Positions 1 to 9,764 of a stretch of 64,000 bases of DNA are shown here, piece by piece; the first letter of the stretch is position 1, and each line of letters starts with the position of its first letter. This stretch comes from an uncultured Actinomycetes bacterium (GTDB taxonomy: Bacteria > Actinomycetota > Thermoleophilia > UBA2241). The stretch is taken from contig CAVRZA010000002.1 of assembly GCA_963725665.1 (NCBI GenBank), positions 288,001 through 352,000 of the forward strand, in the 5' to 3' direction. Under the pieces are notes generated by a model. That model searched no databases. It was not told the origin of the DNA and was given only the letters and a program-made list of their open reading frames with translations. The position numbers were made by a program, and so were the translations under genes.

Positions 1-1323
1 CTCCCACTCCTCGCGCACGCGCCGATCGCCCACGCGCGGGTTCGACTGGGCGCGCATGAAGCGATAGGTACTCGCGAGGCTCAAGAAGTCGCCGAACGGC
101 CCTACCGACTTGATGTCGTCGAGCATCAGCATCTCGGCGTCGACGCGCACGCCGCCGATCACCTGCTTGATCATGGCCGCCCACTCGTCGTCCATGACGA
201 GCTGGGCGCAATCGAAGGTGACTCCCGATTCGGTCATCCCGGCTCCGTAGATGACGTTGGCTCCTGCCAGCGCCGCCATCAGGCCGGTGAGCGTCTTCTC
301 GTGACCGATCTGCGCGTCACCGAGCTTGGAGTCACCCTACGCACCGGCGATGAAGCTCGGCAGGCGGTACTGTCTGGCGAGCTGCGCCGCACAGGCGCTG
401 ATCAGAGCCAGTTCCGGTGAGCCGACGGCGGCAGCCGCGAAGCGCAGATCGAGCGCCGTCGTCGAGGAACCGTAGACGCAGGGCACGCCGCGCTGGGTGA
501 GCTGCGTCAGCGTGATGCCCGACAGGACTTCCGCGTTGTGCTGCACGAGCGTCCCGGCGAGCGTCACCGGGGCCGAGCCGCCCGACATGGCCATCGAGAG
601 GGTGGTGCAGGCGAGGCCGGCGCGCGCGGTCTCGATGATGACCTCGGTGGCGTCGCGCGTGAGCTGGAGAGGGCTCACCGGGCAGACGCCGAGGCCGAGG
701 ATCGGCCTTTCGCGCAGCTCGTCGTGGCCGCCGGCGACCGTCGCCGCCATCTCGATGCAGGTGCGCGCCTCCCAACCCGTCACGGCCTCGCAGCCGGTGT
801 GCTTGGTCGTGTTCGTGAGCGCCGCCTCGAGGCCGTGGATCGAGGCCGTCTCGCCGGGTACGTCCTTGGGGCCGACGGCCGACTCGTAGACGGCGATGTT
901 GGGCAAAGCGTCGATGAGGCGGGCGACCTCGGCCACGTCGCTCTTGGTCGGGTCGCGGTACTCACCCGTGCGCGGGTCGATGTACTTGATGCCCTCGTCG
1001 AAGTTGGTGAAGTGCACCTCACCGCCGGCTTCTTCCCAGATGTCGTGCTCGGGGTTCCGACCGGCGCAGAAGACGCGTGGAGGGCAGGAGGCCAGCGCCT
1101 CCTCGATCACCTCCGGCGGGAAGCGCACCACGTGCGTCTCGCGGTCGATGTCGCAGCCTCCGTCGGCGAGGATGTCGAGCGGCTCGTCGTCCTCGACGAA
1201 CACCCCCGTCTGCTCGAGGACCTCGAGGCTGCCTTGGTGGATCTGTCGCACGGCGTCATCGCTCAACACATCCAGCCTCAGGCCGGCGCCGGCGACCGTG
1301 CTCAGGTCTGCGTCAGCTCTCAT
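1..1323 (-). CDS. mttB: Pyrrolysine-type trimethylamine:corrinoid methyltransferase (MttB); in-frame TAG at 337-339; 3' end runs off the window
   Basis: The ORF track stops at LPSFIAGA*, but the frame continues [54 protein letters not shown]...VGPFGDFLSL...DRRVREEWE to base 1 with no stop. This matches the MttB region around Pyl (AG-x-O-x-D-x-K...GHEKT...LAGAN-IYGAGM). The N-terminal part has CPVSPL, MAMSGGSAPVTLAGTLVQHNAEVL and YGSST motifs. Confidence 0.95.
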
Positions 1324-1424
1324 GCTTCTCCCCCTGTACCGTCGTCGCCCGCGGGCGTCGCCGTCGGGCCGAAGTGGCAGCTATGGGACAAGCATACCGC
1401 TCTGGGCGCGGCAGGCGTCTCGCG

Positions 1425-2096
1425 CTACGCCGATGAACGGGCGGGTTGCGGGGGCAGCGTGTAGAGACGCAGGGCCGTCAGCAACACCCAAAGCAGTAGC
1501 GGCATGGCCATCGCCCGCTGGGTCAGGCCGAGGAAGTCGGTGTGCGTGGTCAGCGCCATGGCGATCGACGCGGCTGTGCCCAGGAGCGCGAGCGCAAGCG
1601 AGGGGCGGTGGTACGAGCGCCAGTGCTCGTCGTGGCGAAAGTGGATCGAAAGCAGGAGGGCACCGAGGATCAGGCAGCCGTAGCCCACGCTGGCCATCCA
1701 GGCGTGGATGTCGCCGCTCACCGTGTGTGTGACCGATCCTTTGATGTCGGTCGGGAAGGCCGCGGCCACGAAGGTGGCCGCGGCACACAGCGCCAGCAGG
1801 ACGAGGCCCGAGCGCGAGAGCAGCGTGGCGCGCAACCGCCGCCAGAGGCCGTGCTGGAGCGCCAGAAGGCCCACGCCCAGGACGACGAACGCGGATACCT
1901 GGATCCACCCGTCGCGTCCGACGGCGAGCTCGCTGACGGTGCGCTGCACCGGGTCGTACATGGGTCGCAGCAGCTCGGCCACCGACACGGCGGCCACGAA
2001 GTAGAGCACGGCCACCACGGCGACCGCGGCGAAGAGAGTCGTGAACCACGGGTGACGAAGCGCCTGCAGGCGGGACGTCCGCAGGAATGAGGTCAC
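1425..2096 (-). CDS. DUF998-like membrane protein
   Basis: About 6 hydrophobic helices; YDPVQRTVSELAVG, FPTD, IH and GLTQR motifs typical of DUF998. Confidence 0.75.
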   Translation of the reverse strand: MTSFLRTSRLQALRHPWFTTLFAAVAVVAVLYFVAAVSVAELLRPMYDPVQRTVSELAVGRDGWIQVSAFVVLGVGLLALQHGLWRRLRATLLSRSGLVLLALCAAATFVAAAFPTDIKGSVTHTVSGDIHAWMASVGYGCLILGALLLSIHFRHDEHWRSYHRPSLALALLGTAASIAMALTTHTDFLGLTQRAMAMPLLLWVLLTALRLYTLPPQPARSSA

Positions 2097-2366
2097 AGCA
2101 CCTTCCTTACCGTGTCGACGGGTCCATTCTTCTATCGGCTCCCAGGGTCCGTACCTCGACCCTGGGCGCCCATCGAGACGGTCGTCGACGGCTCGCTCTC
2201 ACGGGACGGGCCGGCACGACCTGAATGCCGGCTCGTCTCACGGCATCGCATGCTCTCACATCGGGCGGTCTACGAAGAACACCGGGGTATGCCCGCGGGG
2301 GCAGGCAGGCGGGGGGCGCGATCGCGAGTAGTCCGGGGAGGCCGCCGCGGGTATTCTCCAATCGAG

Positions 2367-3716
2367 ATGCTGGGCCTGCTGCGCATCCGTGACTTCAGGC
2401 TGCTCTTCGTCGGCGAGGGCGTGTCGCTGCTCGGCGACCAGTTCTATTTCATCGCCCTCCCTTGGCTCGTGCTGGAGCTCAGCAACAACCCGTTCACCCT
2501 GGGCGCCATGCTCGCCCTGCAAGGGCTGCCGCGGGCGCTCTTCATGCTCGTCGGCGGCGCAGTCACCGACCGCTTCTCCCCGCGCCGTGTGATGATCGGC
2601 TCGAACATGGCGCGGCTGGCCCTGGTGGCGCTGCTCGCCGCGCTCGTCCTCTCGGGCTCCGTGCAGCTCTGGATGCTATGGTCGATCGTCCTCGCGTTCG
2701 GTGTCGCCGACGGCTTCTTCTTTCCTGCCCAGGGCGCCATCGTGCCGAGACTGGCGGCGACGGACCAGTTGCCGGCGGCCAACGCCGTCGTGCAGGGGCT
2801 CGACCAGGTTGCTCAGTTCGTCGGTCCGATGCTGGCGGGGGCGCTCATAGCCGCCTTCACGGCGGATCGCCTGGGTCTTCAGGGTGTCGGGCTGGCTTTG
2901 GCGGTCGATGCCGCCACGTTCCTCGTCTCCGTCGTCACACTGTGGGTCATGCAGGTCGATCGTGTGCCCCGCACGGGCGCGGCGGGCTGGGCGGCGCGCC
3001 CGGAGGGCGCGCCGCCCAGCCTCCTTGCGTCCGTGCGCGAGGGTCTCGCCTACATGTGGGGTGATCCCTTGCTGCGCACGCTTCTGGCGCTGATCGTGGC
3101 CGTCAACTTCCTCGCCGTCGGACCGTTGCTGGTGGGCATCCCGCAGCTCGTGCGCGAGCGCCTGAGCGAGGGAGCCGGCGGCTTCGGCCTCGTCATGTCG
3201 GCCTTCGGCGCCGGCTCCCTCGTCGGTCTCGCCCTGGGCGGCACGCTGCCGAAGCCGCCGCCGTGGGTGACCGGCAACCTGCTCCTCGGCGTCTGCGCCG
3301 TGTTCGGTGTCGGGCTGGCGCTCCTCGGCGTCGCCCACTCGCTCGTCGCTGCACTGGCCCCGGCGCTGCTCATGGGTCTGGCGGTCGGCTACCTGATGGT
3401 GTTCTTCTTCTCGTGGGTTCAGGCGCGCACGCCACAGCGCATGATGGGCCGAATGATGAGCCTCATCATCTTCGCCTCAGTGGGCCTGGTGCCGCTCTCG
3501 CAGCTCCTCGCCGGCGCCGTCGCGCGCTGGAGCGTGACCGCCCTCTTCGTCGGCGCCGCCGTCCTACTCGGCTTGGTCGTCGCGCGTGCGTGGTTCGTGC
3601 CTTCCCTGCGGGCCATGGGCGTGGAGATGGCCGCCAACGACGATCACGGGCTGGCACTCGCCGAGGGGGCCGGGCATGGGCGCGCCGTCTCGTCCGGGAT
3701 GCCGGACCGGAGGTGA
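2367..3716 (+). CDS. MFS transporter (DHA3/H+-antiporter-like)
   Basis: LLRIRDFRLLFVGEGVSLLGDQFYFIALPWLV start, GGAVTDRFSPRRVM motif A, about 12 TM segments. The ATG at 2367 is preferred over the ORF-track start. Confidence 0.88.
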   Translation: MLGLLRIRDFRLLFVGEGVSLLGDQFYFIALPWLVLELSNNPFTLGAMLALQGLPRALFMLVGGAVTDRFSPRRVMIGSNMARLALVALLAALVLSGSVQLWMLWSIVLAFGVADGFFFPAQGAIVPRLAATDQLPAANAVVQGLDQVAQFVGPMLAGALIAAFTADRLGLQGVGLALAVDAATFLVSVVTLWVMQVDRVPRTGAAGWAARPEGAPPSLLASVREGLAYMWGDPLLRTLLALIVAVNFLAVGPLLVGIPQLVRERLSEGAGGFGLVMSAFGAGSLVGLALGGTLPKPPPWVTGNLLLGVCAVFGVGLALLGVAHSLVAALAPALLMGLAVGYLMVFFFSWVQARTPQRMMGRMMSLIIFASVGLVPLSQLLAGAVARWSVTALFVGAAVLLGLVVARAWFVPSLRAMGVEMAANDDHGLALAEGAGHGRAVSSGMPDRR

Positions 3717-3775
3717 ATCCTGCCGCCCTCACGACGCCCAGGAGCAGTCCTGGCGCCGCAAGCGAGCCTAACGGT

Positions 3776-4177
3776 TCAGTGTCGCGGCATGGCGACCAGG
3801 ACGATGCCCGCAAAGACGAAGGCTGTCCCGATCCACTGGGGGCGCTGGAAGGACTCATGGAAGATCAGGTAGGCCGTGAACGCCTGCACGGCTACGAAGG
3901 CGAGGCCGATGCCGAGGACGTTCGCCGCGGGCAGCGACCAGTAGCGCACGAGTCCCGCGTAGCTGAGCTGGACGCCCAGGCCGAAGAAGCCGCCGACGAC
4001 CTGCCAGAAGACGAACACCTTTATGCGGTCGGCGTGCGCCGACGCGGCAAAGCAGGCTGTCGAGCCAACGTTGAAGAACTGGTTGGCGACGATGATGCCG
4101 AACACGAGAGCGATCTGCGCGGCCGTGACCGTGGCGAGGGCCGATTTGAGGCCGGCTGGGAGGTACCCGTGCGCCAT
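3776..4177 (-). CDS. Small 4-TM DMT/SMR-like membrane protein
   Basis: 133 aa, four hydrophobic segments, C-terminal IFHESFQRPQWIGTAFVFAGIVLV typical of DMT/SMR. Confidence 0.65.
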   Translation of the reverse strand: MAHGYLPAGLKSALATVTAAQIALVFGIIVANQFFNVGSTACFAASAHADRIKVFVFWQVVGGFFGLGVQLSYAGLVRYWSLPAANVLGIGLAFVAVQAFTAYLIFHESFQRPQWIGTAFVFAGIVLVAMPRH

Positions 4178-4284
4178 CAGGCTCCTTTGTCCGTTCCGCT
4201 GGTGCTCGCGATTCTACGTCGCGTGAACGGTGTCCCCGGGGCGGCTCCCGGGTCCGAAGAGGAGGCGGCACGGAGGCTGCGGCA

Positions 4285-4932
4285 ATGAAGTACTCCCTGC
4301 GCGGCCGTGGCGACCCCTGGCTCTACACGGTCGCTCGTCTCGTGCTGGTTCCCGCCGTGCGACTCTACGGGCGATTCACCTGCGCGGGCACGTTCAACCT
4401 GCCGGCGACGGGACCCGCCATCGTCGTAGCCAACCACCACAGCAGCCTCGACCCCATCCTGCTCGGCGTCTCGTTTCCGCGGCCGCTCCACTTCATGGCC
4501 GACGTGGTGCAGTTCAGGCGTGGCTTCGTGGGACCGGTCATCACGCGGCTGGGGGCGTTCCCGGTCAACAAGGGACGGCCCGACCGCGCGGCCCTCGATC
4601 GTGGCTTGGAGCTGCTCGGCGCAGGCGAGGTGATCGCGCTCTTCCCGGAGGGCGACCTCTTCAACGACGGGCGGCTGCGCGAGTTCGGGCGCGGCCTCGG
4701 GTTCTTCGCCCTGCGCAGTGGGGCGCCGGTGATACCGGTCGGTATCACCGGCGCCGATGGCGTGTGGCGTGACGGCAGGCTGCGGCGTGCGCCGATACGG
4801 CTTGTGGTCGGCCCCCCGGTCGACCTGGCCGGGCTCGAGGGGACGGGCGCGCGGGCCTATGCGGAGGCCGCCGAGCGGGTCCGGGCGGCCGTCGCGGCGT
4901 TGCGCGACAGCCGCCCGGACCCGCCGTCCTAG
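4285..4932 (+). CDS. plsC: 1-acyl-sn-glycerol-3-phosphate acyltransferase (PlsC family)
   Basis: NHHSSLD (HX4D), FPEG and APVIPVGI motifs. Confidence 0.85.
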   Translation: MKYSLRGRGDPWLYTVARLVLVPAVRLYGRFTCAGTFNLPATGPAIVVANHHSSLDPILLGVSFPRPLHFMADVVQFRRGFVGPVITRLGAFPVNKGRPDRAALDRGLELLGAGEVIALFPEGDLFNDGRLREFGRGLGFFALRSGAPVIPVGITGADGVWRDGRLRRAPIRLVVGPPVDLAGLEGTGARAYAEAAERVRAAVAALRDSRPDPPS

Positions 4933-4945
4933 TCAATCCTGCGCG

Positions 4946-5200
4946 TCAGTTGAGCGCGCGCTCGAGGAACCAGCCCTTGCGCAGGCGGTCGTAGCAGAGG
5001 TCGAAGACGCGGCCCTCGGCCGCCACGCGTACGTAGCGTCTGCTGGTGCGCGTGGCGGGGTTCCACCAGCCGGTGTCGACGACCCAACGCGCCAGCACGT
5101 CGTCGACGCGGTAGCGGCGCCCGCGCCACAGGAACGAGCGCGGGACCTTGCGCACGCGGTCCCATGTGACGGCGATAGGGGTGGCTCCGCCTCTGCTCAC
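4946..5200 (-). CDS. Small DUF6504-like protein (resembles the C-terminal domain of ImuB/DinB-like proteins), LexA-regulated
   Basis: PRSFLWRGRRYRVDDVLARWVVDTGWW...YVRV...GRVFDLCYD...GWFLER pattern; SOS box upstream. Confidence 0.75.
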   Translation of the reverse strand: MSRGGATPIAVTWDRVRKVPRSFLWRGRRYRVDDVLARWVVDTGWWNPATRTSRRYVRVAAEGRVFDLCYDRLRKGWFLERALN

Positions 5201-5243
5201 CCGCTGCGTCCTCTGGCTCGCTCTTCTCTTTGCGGGGGATCAC

Positions 5244-5272
5244 AGGGTAGCACGAACATATGTTCGTGTAAA
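5244..5272 (-). promoter_or_regulatory. Sigma-A promoter (TTTACA-17-TACCCT) containing the LexA/SOS box CGAACATATGTTCG (5253-5266)
   Basis: Perfect Gram-positive SOS box CGAAC-N4-GTTCG inside the promoter spacer. Confidence 0.88.
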
Positions 5273-5322
5273 CGTCGGACGGAAAGTGGCTGCCGGCGCG
5301 CCGCGCGGTCGGCGACCGCGTT

Positions 5323-7416
5323 CTACCTTGCCGGAACGCCGGTGAGGGCGGGAGTGGGCTCTGGGTACGGGCCCGCGGCGAGGATGTCGGCGTCGTCGGG
5401 GTCGTCGCCCAGGTCGGGACGGGCGCCCGCGGTCGCCACGAGGCGGATCTTGGCGAGGAGCTCGCTGGCCGTCAGGTGAAGCTGGTCGGCGATCTGCTCC
5501 TCGTAGTCGTCGGCATCGGGCTGCGGCCGCCAGAGGCTCAGCACGTTGACGGCGTGGCGGTGCGAGCGCAGCCAGGAGTGCACCAGGAGCAGCTCGTCGA
5601 CAGCCTCGGTGGGTAGCGGCGGCGCCGCGGGGGCGGCGCCGTAGACGTCGTGCAAGACGGCCAGCGCGGCGTCGTGGCCGAAGCGGCGCGGCGAGAGCTC
5701 GCGCTCGACGACGATGCGCCCGGCGGCGACGCCGTAGAGGTTGACGCGCCCGGCGCGCCGTGACGGGTAGACGAGCAGAGCGTAGGTCTCGCGCGCCTCG
5801 CGCACGCGCCTGATCAGGCGCAGCGCCTGCTGCAGGGTGTCGCGGTGCGCCTGCAGGCGGCCGGCCTGCTCGAACGCGAGCTGCTCGACTGCGTCGTCCT
5901 GACGCTCCTTGAGGACCTCTTCGACTTCGTCGCCGTCGCCCTCGAGCACACGGCGCGCCTGCTCGACGGCCTGGCGGTACTCGCCGTCGAGCGCCACGCG
6001 GCAGGGGCCCAGGCAGTGGCCGATGTCGGCGCGGATGCAGGACGTGGCCGGGACGCGGCGCGGGCGGTGCAGGCGCACCGCCCGCGCCGCGTCCCGGCCA
6101 CGCGAGCCGGACTCGGCCTCGAGGAGCTGCAGCGCCCGTTCGGCCTCGCTCCCCTCGACCACCGGCAGGTGCGCGCAGGTGCGCAGCGGGAAGAGGGCGT
6201 TGAGCGTGTCGGCGAAGCGCTTGGCGAAGGTCGCCTTGCGGAACGGCCCCGCGTAGAGCGAGCCGTCGTCGCGCAGGTTCGGCGTGGCGTAGAGCCGTGG
6301 GAAGACATCGCCGGTGAGCTTCACGTAGTGGTAGGTCGAGACGCGCGTGCCGTGGCGGTTGCAGGGCGGCCTGTGGGCGCGGATGAGACGGCTCTCGAGG
6401 AGCAGGGCGGCGAACTCAGAGCCGGTCTCGACGATGTCGATCTTCTCGAGCAGCTCGAGCGCCTGCGTGGCACCGTAGGCCTGCCGCTGCAGGAAGTGGT
6501 CGCGCGTGCGGCGCCGCAGGTTCTCGGCCTTGCCGATATAGAGCGCGGCGCCGCGCGCGTCGCGCATGATGTACACGCCGGGCGCCGTCGGCAGCTGCTC
6601 GGTGAGCACGATCTTGTGGTAGTTGCGCCGCGCCTCGGGCTCGCAGATGCGCGCCACCTCCTCGAGCGTCGTCACGTTTTGCTCCTCGAGGCGCGACAGA
6701 AGGACGAGGAGCAGCTCGGCGGTCGCTCTGGCGTCGGGCAGGGCGCGATGCTCGGGGTTCGTCGGGAGGCCGAGACGATCGGCCAGCACGCCGAGCGAGC
6801 AGCGCGCATGCGGCATGAGCCGGCGCGCCAGGCGCAGCGTGTCGAGCGCCGGGCGTGGGAAGGCCTCGCGTGTGAGCAGGCCGAGCTCGTAATCGAGGAA
6901 GGCGAGGTCGAAGCGCGCGTTGTGCGCCACGAGCACCGAGTCGGCGGCGAACGCGACGAAACGCGGCAGGACCTCGTCGATGGCGGGAGCGCCGGTGACC
7001 ATCTCGCGCGTGATGCCGGTGATGCCGGTGATCAGCGCCGGGATCGGCACACCGGGATCGACCAGCTCCGAGAACGTACCCGCGATCTCGCCGCCCTCGA
7101 TGCGCACGGCGCCGACCTCGGTGATCTTGGAGAAGCCGGGCGTGGCCCCCGTCGTTTCGAGATCGACCACGGTGAAGGAGACGTCGGCGAGGTCGCGGCG
7201 CTCGCTGTGCCAGGCCGCCAGGCCCACGCGCACCGAAGACTCCCAGGCGAAGCGTTCGTCGTTGTCGACGATGTCGGCGACGAGCGCGCGCATGAGGTCT
7301 GGCGGGCAGTTGGCGACGGGGAAGAGGCGGGGCCAGAACTCGCGGTAGTCGAGGGGTTCTCCAGCCTCCTCGAGGAGGCTGGAGAGTTCGTCGACCGTCG
7401 TGAACGCGAGCTGCAA
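5323..7416 (-). CDS. DEDDh (DnaQ/PolIII-epsilon-like) exonuclease fused to a UvrC/Cho-like GIY-YIG nuclease
   Basis: VVDLETTG, VAHNARFD and HRALPDA (DEDDh); LPTAPGVY...LYIGKAENLRRR (GIY-YIG); Cys cluster and UVR-like LAFEQAGRL; TTG start. Confidence 0.9.
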   Translation of the reverse strand: MQLAFTTVDELSSLLEEAGEPLDYREFWPRLFPVANCPPDLMRALVADIVDNDERFAWESSVRVGLAAWHSERRDLADVSFTVVDLETTGATPGFSKITEVGAVRIEGGEIAGTFSELVDPGVPIPALITGITGITREMVTGAPAIDEVLPRFVAFAADSVLVAHNARFDLAFLDYELGLLTREAFPRPALDTLRLARRLMPHARCSLGVLADRLGLPTNPEHRALPDARATAELLLVLLSRLEEQNVTTLEEVARICEPEARRNYHKIVLTEQLPTAPGVYIMRDARGAALYIGKAENLRRRTRDHFLQRQAYGATQALELLEKIDIVETGSEFAALLLESRLIRAHRPPCNRHGTRVSTYHYVKLTGDVFPRLYATPNLRDDGSLYAGPFRKATFAKRFADTLNALFPLRTCAHLPVVEGSEAERALQLLEAESGSRGRDAARAVRLHRPRRVPATSCIRADIGHCLGPCRVALDGEYRQAVEQARRVLEGDGDEVEEVLKERQDDAVEQLAFEQAGRLQAHRDTLQQALRLIRRVREARETYALLVYPSRRAGRVNLYGVAAGRIVVERELSPRRFGHDAALAVLHDVYGAAPAAPPLPTEAVDELLLVHSWLRSHRHAVNVLSLWRPQPDADDYEEQIADQLHLTASELLAKIRLVATAGARPDLGDDPDDADILAAGPYPEPTPALTGVPAR

Positions 7417-7448
7417 ACGATCTACCCGGCTCGGTTACGCATCGCCGG

Positions 7449-7478
7449 ACGCTAGCACGAACACCTGTTCGCTGTCAA
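7449..7478 (-). promoter_or_regulatory. Sigma-A promoter (TTGACA-18-TAGCGT) containing the LexA/SOS box CGAACACCTGTTCG (7458-7471)
   Basis: Consensus -35 with an SOS box between -35 and -10, upstream of a DNA repair nuclease. Confidence 0.88.
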
Positions 7479-7488
7479 GCCCGCGCGC

Positions 7489-7613
7489 GGCAAGAAGACC
7501 TGCTGGCCGAGGCCTGGCACGGTTTTCCCGCCTCTGCTCGGGCACTCTCGCTCCTTGCGCTGCGCTCTCCCTGTTTCGATTCTCCGTGGGCGTGCGTTGA
7601 CCTTCTTGCCCTC
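7489..7613 (-). ncRNA. Candidate structured small RNA (unassigned)
   Basis: A 12-bp closing stem GGCAAGAAGGUC/GGUCUUCUUGCC (its G-U pairs fix the minus strand), internal GGA motifs, and a -10-like TATCCT at 7620-7625. Confidence 0.35.
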
Positions 7614-7959
7614 GCAGAGAGGATACCGTGGCTGACGGACGGAGCGTGGCCGCTGCGAGGGTGTTGTTGGCGCGACGACAGCGGCAAGGCGATGACGCCG
7701 CCGGCGCGGTGCGCGGCCGACGCGACGGCGCGGCCATCGCGCAGCCGCCACGAGGGCGCCGCGACTCGGCACAGCGACGATGCGGTCATCGTTAGCCGGC
7801 GACGGGCCTTCGTCATCTCGCCTCGGATGCTCGAGCGGACCACACTGAGGGCGCAGGGAGGGTGGCGTCGCCGTCGGCTCCGGAAGCCGCAAGACCAGGT
7901 TGGCAGGCGGGTGGGCGGAGGGGTCGCGGGGCATCGGTCGCCGCGGCGGCGCCCACACC

Positions 7960-9569
7960 TCAGCCGCGGATGCTCGCGAAGGCGTTCAATGCGCGGCGGC
8001 GCGCCTCGGCGTGGGCGACCATCGGCAGGGGATAGCTTTCGCCGAGAGCGATCCCGGCCGCGCGCAGCGCATCGCGTGGCGCCTCCCAGGGCCGGTGGAT
8101 CCACCGTGCCGGCAGTCTCTCCAGCTCGGGTAGCCAGCGCCGCACGTACGTGCCGTCGGGGTCGTGGCGCTCGCCCTGCAGGCTGGGATTGAAGATGCGG
8201 AAGTAGGGAGCGGCGTCGGCGCCCGAGCCCGCCACCCACTGCCAACCGAAGGCGTTCTCCGGCAGGTCGGCGTCGATGAGCGTGTCCCAGAACCAGCGCT
8301 CGCCGTCCTGCCAGGGTACCAGCAGGTCCTTGACGAGGAACGAGGCGCACACGAGACGCACTCTGTTGTGCAGCCAGCCCGTGGCCCAGAGCGCGCGCAT
8401 GCCGGCGTCGACAAGCGGGTAGCCGGTCTTTCCTTCCCGCCAGGCGGCGAGCCGCGCCTCGCCGTCGTCGGCCCAGGGAAACGCGGCGAACTCCGCTCGC
8501 AGGGGTTCGTCGGCGAGGCGCGGCTCGCCGCGCACCAAGTAACCGGCGAAGTCGCGCCAGACGAGCTGCCGCTGAAAGGCCTCGACGCCCGACGCCGGCT
8601 GCGTCGCAAGGCCGGTTGGAGCTGGGGTCGGCACCGCGTCGCCGTCGCCGATGCGTGCTGATCGCGCTGGTTCTCTCCGATCCGCCTCGGCGCCCGGCTC
8701 TCGCCGGTGTTGCCCCAGGTCTCGTCCCCGGTGATCAGGTCGGCCGTCTCGCGTGCGGCCCACCACACCTCGCGCACCGAGATCTCGCCGAAGTGAAGGT
8801 GTGGCGAGAGCTCCGAGGTGCCGCGCAGGTCGGGCCGGTCGCGCTCGGCGGCGTAGCCGCCGAGCGCGACCGCGAGGAACCGGGCGAGGCGGGCGCGGGC
8901 GCCCGCCTCGCCCGGTTCCCACTCCTGAGCGAGACCGCTGGCCCACGCGTGGTCCGTCGCCCGGATCAGCGCGTCGACATCGAGGCCTTGGGGCGCGTTC
9001 GGCGGCGCGGTCACGCGCGCCGGCGCACCGGCCGGTCGCGGCGGGTCGCCGAGGCGCAGGCAGGCCCTCCAGAACGGCGTGAAGACCCTGATGGGGCGCT
9101 CGCGGCCGTGGTCGAGGCGTCGCCAGTCGAAGAGGTAGCGCTCGTCGTAGAGCTGCAGGCGCCGCCCTCGCATGGCGAGGGCGGCGCCGACTCGCCTTTC
9201 GATCTCCTGGCCGATGGGTGTGGGGAGGCGGTTGGCGTGAACGGTGGCTGCGCCGCACTCATGTGCGAGCTCGTCCAGCACGCGCTCTGCGGCACCGGCG
9301 CGCACGACGAGCGGCAGGCCCAGCTCCGCAAGGTGGGCGGCGAGCCGCTGGAGCGAGCGAGCTCTCCACCAGCGGCTCGCCGCCCCCGGCTTCCACACCG
9401 ACGCATCGTCCCAGTCCTCGACGAAGACCGGCACGACGGGCAGGCCGGAACGCGCTGCCGCGAGCAGCGCCGGGTTGTCTCGCAGGCGCAGGTCCTCGCG
9501 CAGCCACACGAGGCAGCCGCGGCTCGAAGGCGCCGCAGCCGTCCCTGCCTCAGCTTCGTTCCCAGCCAC
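7960..9569 (-). CDS. phr: Deoxyribodipyrimidine photolyase (CPD), with a frameshift near 8700
   Basis: WLREDLRLRDNPAL and TSELSPHLHFGEIS in one frame; QLVWRDF, GKTGYPLVDAGMRALWATGWLHNRVR, GWQWVAGSGADAAPYFRIFNP in another. One frameshift joins them. Confidence 0.88.
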
Positions 9570-9764
9570 GCGTCCCCTCACCTTCTGCGACCATCATCTG
9601 AGAGACCGGCTCGCCCCCGCGCCAGCAGTCTACCGACCCGGCGCCAGGGAACTGTACGCCTCGTCAGGCCCCGACGGGGAGGCTGCGACGGGTCGGCGCA
9701 CCTCATCGTGCAGCGCCTTGTCGGCGGCTTCGTCGGAGCAGCCAGAACCGAGGGAGAACGATCC

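Noticed and set aside
7420-7435. Fourth match to the TetR operator (ACCGAGCCGGGTAGAT, minus strand)
   Set aside because: Two mismatches to the consensus, and it precedes an unrelated LexA-controlled gene; probably chance at this GC content.
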